A stretch of DNA of 64,000 nt from Epithemia pelagica (taxonomy: Eukaryota > Protista > Bacillariophyta), in contig OX337236.1 in NCBI GenBank assembly GCA_946965045.2, positions 2,046,001 to 2,110,000 of the forward strand. The letters are read 5' to 3'. The translations under genes and the position numbers were made by a program. The notes under the pieces are model-generated. The model made no database searches. It worked only from the letters and a program-made list of their open reading frames with translations, and was not told where the DNA came from. Shown in pieces: positions 32,980-43,547 of this stretch (position 1 is the first letter of the stretch; every line of letters starts with the position of its first letter).

Positions 32980-34377
32980 CGGTGTGCCGCGCCTAAACTA
33001 GATGAAAACGTTTCGTATGTTGACTCTGGTTTAGACGCTGGTAGTATTGCATCATCTTTAAGCAGTCTGGGACCTGGCTCTCCTGGTGGTGTTGGTGCCA
33101 AACGTCCAGCCTCACCACCGCCTAGCATTGTCGTTTCGGTCAAACGCTCCAGGCATCGTCCTACTGATCGCGGATCACGGATCTTCCGAAGTGATTTGTC
33201 GTGTCTTATCCTTGGTCAAACATCCCTTTCGTGGGGACTTGGTCTCAGTCTCGGGGACTGGCACGGCATTTACATGTTGGCTGCTGAGTATGAAGCACGA
33301 CGAGAGAACCCCTTTTGGCGTGCCGTTTTGCTTCATTTTGGGGATAAGCTCCACTTAGTCCCAAGCATCGATGTTGTTCTGGGACGAGGGATCATTTCGG
33401 TTGTACTGTTGGAAGGCGATCCTGATTACCTCGCGTCTTCCTTGCTTTTCGTCCCTCCGAGTTGGCCTGTTTTATTGTTGCTTCCTTCGGGATGGAGTCG
33501 CCCCACCCTTCCTCAAGTCCAATGGTTGTCGGTCACCCATCGTCAATGTGGTGGTGTCACGACCGCACGTGTCCACGTTGGGCGTCGTGGTATACCTCCG
33601 TTGTTTTTCCATGTCACCACGCGGCGCACGCTGGGTTCGATCATCTCGCATTCAATCCGTCCTTCCCCGTGTGGGGCGCCCACTCTACCTGATTCTTATT
33701 ACTCCTGTGACGATCAGTTGCACACCCGTGCTCTTTTCAAGTCTATTCGGTTGTCCACACACTTTTCAAAGACGGGTTGGGGTTGTCGTCCGCTTACTGA
33801 TGAAGAAATTGGAACGGCGTTCGATTTGCCGCTTTGGGTCATCGATGATACGATTGCTTTTCGTTGGTGGTGCTCCCACATGATTCATCCGCGAGTTACT
33901 CCCATCAAGATCCCAGCTTTAGTGTTGAATTCCGCTTTACCACACTTGGACCCTGTTCTGATTCACCACACTAGTACCGCCGGCAACAAACATGGTGGAC
34001 CCTCATCCCCGTTTCGTCCCTGCAAACGCGGCCGTTGGTTGACCCCTCTTTCGGAAACTGTCCAAGATGGCGTCCTGGGTACCACCTTTTCCTTCTTGCC
34101 CGCCTTTCTCCCTCATGACGCGTGGCTCGACGATTCCAAGATTGCGGATATTGCGGTTAAGGCAGACGACGCCCTGGCCCCTTTTTGGATTTGGGATGGG
34201 CGGATTCGGGGCATCTACCCTTGGATCACAGATTCGGCGCTTTCAGGCTTCCGCTTGTTGGCTTTGCTTTGGTGGCGTCGCTCCTTGGTGCGGAGTTTCT
34301 TGGCTTATTTACGCTTGCGGTTTGGTGCGAATTGGCCAGCCTTAGTGGCCTCTTCACCACTCCAGGGGGGGGGGGGG
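32980..34377 (+). CDS. Degenerate C5-cytosine DNA methyltransferase-like domain, in frame with gag behind TGA
   Basis: The frame is open from 32980. Segments resembling DNMT motifs occur in canonical order: SWGLGLSLG (after I), LAAEYE (II), VVLLEGDPD (IV, no Cys), THRQCGGVTTARVHVGRR (VIII), RTLGSII, RPLTDEEIGTAFDLP (IX). Confidence 0.5.
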
Positions 34378-36911
34378 AGGAGTCTTTCAATTTCGATTCG
34401 TTTCCCGTACTGCTATCCGCCGGCCGCTGTGTCTTGTCCCAACTTCTTCGTTCCACCTGGTGGGACTGGGATGCGGGTTCTTCGTTGATTTTTTGGCGCT
34501 GGAACGGCCTCTCCCAACAAGCAGATGCCTGGTTTGGCACTCCCATCCATGTCACCGATGCTCTTCCTTCTTATCATCGGCGTCAGCGTGCTCCTCCTGC
34601 GGAAATACTCCCTCAAGTTTCCAAGAAATTATCGACCGTGCTCGAGCGTGGTTATTTGGACGGTGTCTCTCCTCCCTCCAGCATGACCGACTATTTCGCT
34701 GTTCCAAAAGGCGACAATGACATTCGGATGGTCTATAATGGCACAAGCTGCGGGTTGAATAAGTCTCTGTGGGCACCAAATTTTTGGTTACCAACGTCTG
34801 AGTCGGCTCTACGACTATTGACCACCGATTCCTACTGTGGGGACATGGATTTGGGGGAAATGTTTTTGAATTTCCCCATGGACGTACACCTTCGACCCTA
34901 TGCTGGTGTAGACATGAATCCTGTCCAGTCACACCTCACCCCAGAAGCTACAGCCCTCTCTCCTGAATCTGGTAGGGTGCGGTGGAATCGTTTATTTATG
35001 GGTATGCTTCCGAGTCCGTTCCACGCCGCCCGCCAATACTACCTGGCTGAGGAAATAGCAAAAGGAGCACCACAGGATCCAACCAATCCGTGTGGTTTTG
35101 ATTCAATTCGCTTCAACATCCCTGGCTCCGCCGATTACACCCCAACTTTGCCTTGGGTCATGAAGTGGAGCTCTAGACTCGACAACATTACGGGAGATGT
35201 AGTTACCTACATGGACGACTTGCGAACGGTCGGTTCCTCAGCCGAACATGCATGGCAGGTGGCACGCCAACTGGGGGCTAGATTGCAATATCTAGGAATT
35301 CAAGACGCACCTCGAAAGCGGAGACCACCTTCCAAAACTCCCGGCGCATGGGCTGGCAGTGTACACCATATCTCAGCCACGACCATATCAAAAACCCTCA
35401 CCCAAAAGAAATGGGACAAGGGCAAGAAACTCCTGGAAAAATACGTGGATGCATATACCAAGAGTGACTCTCCCACGTTCGATCACAAGCAAATGCAACG
35501 AGACGTGGGCTTCTTCGTTCATCAAGCGCTGACCTACAATTCGCTAATGCCCTTCTTAAAGGGATTCTATTTGACTATGAATGTTTGGAGACCCGGGCGC
35601 AATGGCGAGGGATGGAAGCTGTCAACAAGGGAGTGGCTTTCACAGTTACAAGAAAAGTTTGGGGACGAAGAAATCAACACCATTTGTGGTTTCTTAGACA
35701 CAGATGAAGATGAAGACTCGCATGCAGAACCAACCAACAAAGAAAAGGACATTCCACCAGCACGGGTCAAGGCAGTTCCGAGGCTGCGAACCGATGTACG
35801 AGCCATTGCGGTCATGCTAGGTTCAGAGGATCCTCCCAAAGTCCAAGTCAGGTCGGACACCATCTTTGTTGCATTATTCGGATGTGGCGATGCTTCGGGA
35901 TGTGGATTCGGGGCAGCCTTCCAAGTCCCTTAAAAGAAACTGTCGTATAGAGTGGGAGCATGGAGAAAGGACATCGTGGTAGGTGAATCTTCCAACTGGA
36001 AGGAGTTTACCAACTGTGTAGAGTCGCTGGAGGAAGAAGCGTCCTTGGGCCATTTGGACAACACAGAAGTCTTCTTCTTCACAGACAACTCAACCGTCGA
36101 ACGTTGTTTCTACAAGGGCTCATCATCAAGTCCAAAACTGCTAGAACTAGTGATCCGTCTACGACGACTAGAGATGCGCCATGCAATACGGCTGCATATC
36201 TCCCACGTATCAGGAAAGAGGATGATCGCTGTGGGAGTGGATGGCATTTCTAGAGGGCAATTGAACGAGGGAGTCATGGCTGGGACTCCCATGTTATCCT
36301 ATATTCCTCTTCACAAGACCCCATTCCAGATGTCCGAGAATCTGTTCGAATGGGTTCGTTCTTGGTTGGGACCCAAAGCAGAAGCACTAACCCCCATGGA
36401 CTGGTTCACAACAGGCCACGACATCCGGGGATGGTCCCTCCCAACAGAACATAACAAACTGTCCCTGCCTATCCTTCGGCCAGGACATTTTGTGTGGGCT
36501 TCGCCTCCAGGAGCAGCTGATGTGGCTCTCGAGGAATTGAGAAAAGCACGTCACAAAAGACAATCTTCCATGCATGTTTTTCTTTGTCAACGCCTGCTTA
36601 CTCCGAAATGGTATAAGCAGTTACACAAGGCATGCGATTTGGTTATGGAGATCCCTGCTGGAACTTCTTTTTGGCCTGAAGGAAATTATGAACCTCTCAT
36701 CGTTGGTCTTGTTTTTCCTTTTATTAGGGCACAGCCGTGGCAATTGCGGGGCACCCCAAAAATGTTCTCAATGGACCGCCAATTGCGCAAATTGTGGAAA
36801 GAAGATCCAGTGGGTGGAAGGGATCTTCTGCGGAAATTTTGCGTTCAGTGTTGGAAAATGCAGTCCATGTCGAAACGCATGGTGCGCAAGTTGTTATTCT
36901 TCGAACGATGA
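34365..36911 (+). pseudogene. DIRS-type reverse transcriptase plus RNase H, one in-frame TAA
   Basis: WDWDAGSSLIFWRW, FAVPKG..DIRMVYN, DMDLGEMFLNF, MGMLPSP, YMDD; RNase H GDASGCGFG*..SSNWKEF..FTDNS..GVDGISRG. ORFs 34185..35933 and 35952..36911 share a frame. Confidence 0.88.
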
Positions 36912-38298
36912 GGGTCGGTTCTTTGTGGCTTCCAGGAACTTGATGGTGGAAGAGTCGGACGCGGACCGGATCGTAGCAGCCACTTGGAGAGCGCGCACAA
37001 AGGACCGACGAGAAGATTATAGTCATGCACGAGCGGGAGATCACTTGATGACTCCTTTCGAGTGTGATTGGTGCATCTTTCGAAAGTTGAGAGGTGAGGA
37101 ACCGGACCCGTAAAGCGTGCAAGACAAGTACTTGATGGTGTGTGTGAGACGCATGAATCTCGATGCATTTTGGAGTCGGGCAACAAGCACGGTTGCGCAA
37201 AACACTAGAAATGCCAAAAAGATGATTGAGAAGTCAATGAAAGTGGGAATCCCTTATGGACCGTTCATGAGCCATGGCCCGTTCCCGAGTTACGATCATT
37301 GTGGGTACCAAGTGGCATATTTGATGTTGGACAGTTCGTTGGACGAGGGAAAGTATCATACGGATAGAAAGCAATTTGACACCATCCGGAAATTTCGATC
37401 GGTGTACTCCAATCACGTGAGAGCAACACCGGCCACTTTGGTTGATAATCGACCCCTGGTTTTGACGGACAACAATGGGAAAGCCTTCTCTCGGTTGGGC
37501 CAAGACGAGAGCGGATCATTATGGTTTTCAAGATTTGTTGAAGGTTGTCGCCGACGGATGGGCCAAGACTGGCGCCCGGACCAAGCAATATCTAGCGAGT
37601 TGGTTGTTGCGTTGCTGGGTTCCTTGGAAGAAGAATTGAGGCGCGCAAACAATGTGACGGACCCGTTTGTGACGGTTATGGCGGGAACCTTTTATGCTGT
37701 GTCTTTCGCTTTGTCCTTGAGAGGGCCGGAAGGGCTGCTCCTTGATTTAGGAGCCATGACTCGATATGCAGATCTTTACAAGGACCGGGATTGCGTGGTG
37801 GTTTGTCTTTGGGGCCAATTCAAAGGCGAGCATTCTGAACGGGCTCATCTCCTCCCCTGCTGCAATGTAACAGGGAGTGGAATCAAAGTTCGCCAATGGT
37901 TGAACAGAGCAATGGTCTTGTCTCGGGACATTGGACGAACGACCGGGCCGTTGATGATGGATCGAAAGGGTGTACCCATCGCGCCACGAATGCTGGATGA
38001 CATCCTGCATCGACATTTGTGCAAACTTTTCGACAACGATAAAAACCTTTTTCCTCTGACTGCCATCAAAGGGGAAGAGGACATTGTCACAAAATACTTT
38101 GTGTTCCGATCTTTCAGACGGGGTTCGAATACAAGAGCAAAAGAGGTGGGCGTCGAGCAGCCAGACCTTGAAACTGTCAACCGATGGAGAATAAAGGAGA
38201 GAGCAGGAGCCAATAAACCAGGCGGGGCCATTGACCACATGTATGCAGACCTGTCGATGCTTGTGGGACCGTTTCTCCGGTACAGTTCTGCAATGTGA
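36574..38298 (+). pseudogene. Tyrosine recombinase overlapping the RNase H in another frame, one in-frame TAA
   Basis: Cys-rich N-terminus (CSPC..WCASC, FECDWC), RRMNLDAFWSR, SLRGPEG (R), FKGE (K), RSFRRG, NRW and MYADL (Y). The two ORFs share a frame across DP*SV. Confidence 0.88.
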
Positions 38299-38753
38299 CG
38301 ACCAAACCAAGATTCTCGGTGGAGGGGGTTTCTGGAACTGGCAAGTTGCGTTGAGGCTGACATGGCAAGGCCTCTTCGCTTCTTGTCCATTAGAGAGAGA
38401 GTTTGAGCCGATTGCGTCCCCTGTCCGTTTCCGCCTTTGCGATTGCATGGTGCAACCTGATCGCGTTGGTGGGCCACAAGCGGATCCAACAGGAGTCTTG
38501 ATTTGGGTCTTTCTTTTTGTTCTTTTGGGCCGGTTCCCCTGTCTGAGCATTATGCCAGATCGGACCCTGAGTGGTGAAGGATTACCCTTCCCCCCACAAC
38601 ACAACCTAAACTAGTGTTTACGGTTGCGAGAATCTAATGAGATAAGTTTATGATTTGATTCTACTGTTTGTCTTTGTGTTTGCGCGAGAGAAAGGGATCC
38701 TGAGGTTGGATGGCGACATGGTGGGTGCTGAGCAGGGTTTGCGAGTGCCCTGA

Positions 38754-38788
38754 CAACACACAACACACAACACACAACACACCACACA
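38754..38788 (+). repeat. (CAACACA)5 heptamer tandem repeat
   Basis: Four perfect units plus CCACACA. Confidence 0.85.
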
Positions 38789-39510
38789 ACATGAAACATG
38801 ACACGGTCGACGGAAGAAAGATCACTGCAACTTCCGGCGCCCTCCTCGACCATTGCCCTCCTCGTAATTCTACCCTCCGCGCCGCGCGGTCCCTCCTTGA
38901 AAGGACTCGACACCGGGAAGTATTAATACTACTCGTACAGGAAGGGTAATCGCATACGTGAGAGGTTTCATGTTTCATCGGTACGAGGTAACCTTACGAG
39001 AAAATCAACCGTGGATGAGGGGCAATTCATTTTACTCTTGGAAAATGTATGGTATAGTGAATCTCGTTGGGCGGAAGTCTCATCAGTTGGTGAAGCACGG
39101 GCTACTGCGCGAAGAAGTTTCGTGCGGTGGAGCTCGTATAGAAATCATTATTTCAGTTAGAACATACTGAGACTCTCATTTCTTCGATGAGTGAAATGAA
39201 ACAATTAGGTAACCGGACGAAGCTGTCTTATTTTCTTCAGTGAGAGGAAACCTTGGACAATAATCAAAACTCCATTCAACAGAGTCTTGCTCTGAAAGAG
39301 AACGACAGTGATTCTTTCGGCTTTTCCCGCTTGGCTGGAGAAATCTCTCACCACTTACGACTTTGGGAGGCCATGGAGCATGATTCATGAACACCACCTC
39401 TATCAGATCTACGTAGCATCATGAGGTGATGTGCGAATGCAGGGGAGTCGTCCTGTCACCGGTTTCAATTTCCAACATGTTTGTGGTGGTGATGTTTGTT
39501 GTTCCTTGTG

Positions 39511-40302
39511 CTATCGAAAGCATGTCTGGAACAATGTGATGGAAGTTTGTTTTGTTGATTCTCTTTGTGTCGGCCGTCTTGTCGTCCACCAATTCATCCA
39601 ACCTTTCAGATCTACTGGAAGATTTGCCACTACAACGTCTCCCCCCAATAAACTGGAATCATCCTCATACAAGGAAGTGTGGTTCTGTTGGATGTTTTCT
39701 TCAAACTGAGTCGTATTCTCCATGTTTTTGTTGTTCTCGTTCACGAGAGACAGGCTTTGATTGAGGTTGATTTGGCTGTTGTTGTTCGTAGCAGAAGTAG
39801 TAACAGTTTCATCGTCTACAACCACGTTGCTGCTCAACAAAACCACCTTGTTTTGGCTGGTGCTGCATTGGGGAGGAAGATTTCGCAAAAAGCTCAGGAC
39901 GGATCGATCGTCAATATCCTCCACCTCACACACTTGAACACTATCTTGGTCATCATAATACTCATCATCCTCTTCTTCCTCGTCGTCTACCAAATTATTG
40001 AGTGCTGCATTGTTTTGGTCCAAAAAGTCCTTGAGACTCATCAACTTTTTCTTCTTCTTGCCTGTTTTCATGCCCATAGAGTTGTTACTGGAACACACAC
40101 TTGCTGAATACGATGGACAAGATAAAAGGGAAACCTCGTCACAAAGGGAGGAATCATCATTGTCTCGTCCTCCATACAGGTACAATCCTGGTGAAACACT
40201 GTTCTTTGTCGTTGTGGACGCCGGTGTGACCTGTGGCATCTGTCCGTACAAGAGCAACGGTGACAGGTAGTTTTGATTCATACGAAGCGTATTCAAAGAC
40301 AT
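39511..40302 (-). CDS. Hypothetical low-complexity protein
   Basis: ORF with S/N/D/K-rich composition typical of diatom hypothetical proteins. No family recognised. Confidence 0.4.
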   Translation of the reverse strand: MSLNTLRMNQNYLSPLLLYGQMPQVTPASTTTKNSVSPGLYLYGGRDNDDSSLCDEVSLLSCPSYSASVCSSNNSMGMKTGKKKKKLMSLKDFLDQNNAALNNLVDDEEEEDDEYYDDQDSVQVCEVEDIDDRSVLSFLRNLPPQCSTSQNKVVLLSSNVVVDDETVTTSATNNNSQINLNQSLSLVNENNKNMENTTQFEENIQQNHTSLYEDDSSLLGGDVVVANLPVDLKGWMNWWTTRRPTQRESTKQTSITLFQTCFR

Positions 40303-40943
40303 GACGATGGTCCTAGAGTGTCTTTGTTTGGTGGTATTCTTGTGTTTGAGAGACCGTTGCTGCAATGCCAAAGGCGCCAAGTCGACGACGGGTGATGACG
40401 AAAGACAAACACAACAGCGCCATGCAGCACAAACAAAACACTATGATACCTATGTATTCTTGTGCGTTGCGCATGGTGGCGAGACGAAATCGGAACCCAA
40501 AAATTTCGTTTTACGTCCTAACGTGACGGACATTTCATGATTCAGAATAAGTTTTGATTACGTCGTCTGTCAAGTCCAGTCTCGAAATATTTCCCGCTCG
40601 GGATACCTTGGGTCGCATAAAACCCCGCCACATGTGTCATGTCCGTTGTCCGTGTTTTGTACATTACATAAGAGGAATGTCCATTGTTTCTGTCATGATA
40701 AGACACAGGAAACAGGACACGGACGAAGGACGAATGACTTCGTCCAAACACCTCAGCGGTAGTTTTCCCGTAAAGCTTAATTCGCAAATGACGATTTGAA
40801 ACTATTCCCGATAGAAAGTTGAATGGTCGACGTGGGGGGGCGTGACACGGGATGGACAAACATCTTGTTGTTAGTGTCTCCTCTCTGTCGTAAGAGTGTG
40901 TCGCAGTCGCTGGTCACTGGTCACCACGCAATTATTTTTCAGT

Positions 40944-40968
40944 GGGGAGTGGGGAGTGGGGACTGGGG
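40944..40968 (+). other. Four-tier G-quadruplex motif, (GGGGAGT)-type heptamer repeat
   Basis: GGGG-AGT-GGGG-AGT-GGGG-ACT-GGGG. Confidence 0.7.
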
Positions 40969-41138
40969 ACCTACGGTAGACAAAAGCGAGAAGTGGACCA
41001 TGAACGATAACCATGGTGACGGTTCGATAAAGAACTATCTATCTAAGGTAGTACTGATCTCATGAAAACAACTACACGCTTTACGTTTTCCTACTTCTCT
41101 AACTCATGATAACTGGTAGGCGGTCCAAATGGTTCTTT

Positions 41139-43392
41139 TTAAGTGGACGCTACTACAGACCCGGGAACATAGGAGCTCGAATAACTCTCAATGGCTTCCG
41201 GTCCGACACGATTGCAAAAGTCTCCAAAATATTCAAAGGGCTGTCGATTCTGAATGAAGTTGGCCAAAATGGGTTCCAGAACGGCTTCCAAATCATCCAC
41301 ATTCATCTTGGCCATAAAGGGGTAGCCGGTACGGGTCAAGACGGGACTGCCGCCCAACCAAACTTGGTAACTCTTGGCACCGTCTCCAACAAAGGCCAAT
41401 TCGGCCATGTACGGACGAGCACATCCGTTAGGACAACCCGTCATGCGAATGAGAATTTCTTCGTCACTCAAATTCATCTTATTTAGCAAGGCACGAATAC
41501 GTTCCAAGTAGGTTGGCAACAAACGTTCTGCTTCTGTCTGAGCCAAACCGCAAAGGGGCAGAGCGGGGCAAGCCATGGCCAGACGGCTCAAAGGATCCAC
41601 CTGCTCCAGAGGCATGACACCGTGTTCCAAAAACAAGGCGTCAATACCATCCTTGTGTTGCGGTTCAATATCGTAAAAGATGATCGACTGCGTTGGGCTG
41701 ATAATCGATGGAACATTGTACTTATCCACAATAGCACGAATGGCCGATTTCAAACGGAAACTTCCCTCATCCTTGACACGGCCATTGTCAACGTGTTGTC
41801 CGTAAAACAGCTTGCCATTGCCTTGTTCCCACCATCCCATCCAATCGTTGTATTTCCATTCCGCAACTTCGCGCCATGGTTCGACTGGCTTTCCAAAGTA
41901 ACTCTCGACCAGTTTGCGGAAATTATCAATGCCCAACGTGTGAACCAGATACTTCATTCGGGCATTGGCACGGACTTCACGATTGCCATGGTCACGTTGG
42001 GTTGCCAAAATGGCCTTCATGAGCTCCATACAATCCTCTTTGGGAACATAACCCAAATGATCGGCAGCGCGAGCAAATGTATTGGCCTTGTTGTGGGTGC
42101 GACCCATACCACCACCAACCATAACGTTAAAGCCTTCCAGCTCGCCGGTCGCGGGGTCGCAGACCACCACACAACCAATGTCGTTCGTGTAAATATCCAA
42201 TGAGTTATCACCCGGAACCGTCACACCAATCTTGAATTTGCGCGGCAAATACCGATCTCCGTACAAGGGTTCGACACTGTTGGAGGTGACGATTCCACGT
42301 CCATTGTCGTAGAGCATGGCCGCATCAATATTGTACTTGGCCACTTCACTGGCCCATTTGACGGGTACCGATGGCTGACCACCATCCAACCAAATATCGG
42401 AAAATGCAGGTGTCAAGGGTCGAAAGAGTTCGGCAAATACCTTGGACCATTCACGAGCGGCTTCATAGGCCTTGTTTTGAAAGGGTGCTGGGGTGCACAT
42501 GACATTGCGGCTCACATCTCCACAGGCACCAACTGTACTGGATCCCACATTCATAATGGAGGAAATAACATGTTTCAGGTTGCCCTTGCGAATGCCGTGC
42601 ATTTGAAAGCATTGGCGTGTGGTGGCTCGCAAATCGCCTTGTCCATAATCGCGACTCAAGTCATCCAACAATCGGTACAACTCCGGAGGCAATTCACCCG
42701 CCGGTTGTTTCAAACGAAGCATGAATTGATAATCCTTGTTCTTTCCCCGAACTTCACGGTTGGACTGCATGTACGATCCATGGTACTTGAGAATTTGGTA
42801 GGCATCCTTCGAAATGCTTAGTTCATCGGTTTGGAGTTGCTGAAAAAGAGACAAGACGCAAGATACAAAACAACCATCAGTACCTCCTTAAAGACAGCAT
42901 TAAAAACCAAAAAGACTCGAAACTCTCCCAACAATGCAACATGGATACCGATCAGAGTTCACCCCAAAAAGTCCACTGGCTTATGGGACGGGGCCTTTCT
43001 TTGCGTCTGCAAGTATCGATCAGACGGGGAAAGAATTAATTCATCAACTCGGCACTACTCTCATTTGGTACATATTCTCATTTGATTCTCATGCCACCAA
43101 TACAGAATTGGAACCAACCGCACACGAGACGACATGGACATCGAACAACAAGTCGGGGGGAACCTACCTCTCGAAGAGGGTGCACAAGATGGTCGGAATC
43201 AATTTTGAGCACTTCAATCTTGGCCAATTTCTTTTCCGGAGGCTTTTCCAATACCATATGCAACGAAGTGGTCGTCGAAGTGGCCAATCGTTGTTGGTTT
43301 GGAGTAAGATTCGCTGTAAAGGCCCCGGTTGTGCCAATCAGCGTGAACAACAAAGCGGCTCTGACAGGTGACCTCGAATTCATGGTGGTCAT
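41139..43392 (-). CDS. SIR: Plastid ferredoxin-dependent sulfite reductase; exons 43168..43392 and 41139..42839, intron 42840..43167
   Basis: Signal peptide with TGA-F and transit peptide. The GT-AG splice gives HPLRE|QLQTDE...LKYHGSY. Siroheme/Fe-S ligands CPALPLCG and GCPNGC. Confidence 0.93.
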
Positions 43393-43547
43393 TGTTCTTT
43401 AGGTTTTACCGGGTGCAGGTGTCGTATAGGCACCGAAGAAATAAATTCCAAGCCAACAGAAGCACTAACAGCTCATGGGTCTGAAAGATCTTGTGGTTCT
43501 GTTTCTTCCGTCTTTTTTTTGTGAACTAGAATAGGTTATGGGTGTGA

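Larger units (their letters stand above)
30524..38298 (+). mobile_element. Tyrosine-recombinase (DIRS/Ngaro-like) retrotransposon, coding extent only; defective copy; termini not identified
   Basis: Order is gag-like, MTase-like, RT, RNase H, then an overlapping tyrosine recombinase. Lesions at ~31940 (frameshift), 35931-35933 (TAA) and 37111-37113 (TAA). Confidence 0.9.
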
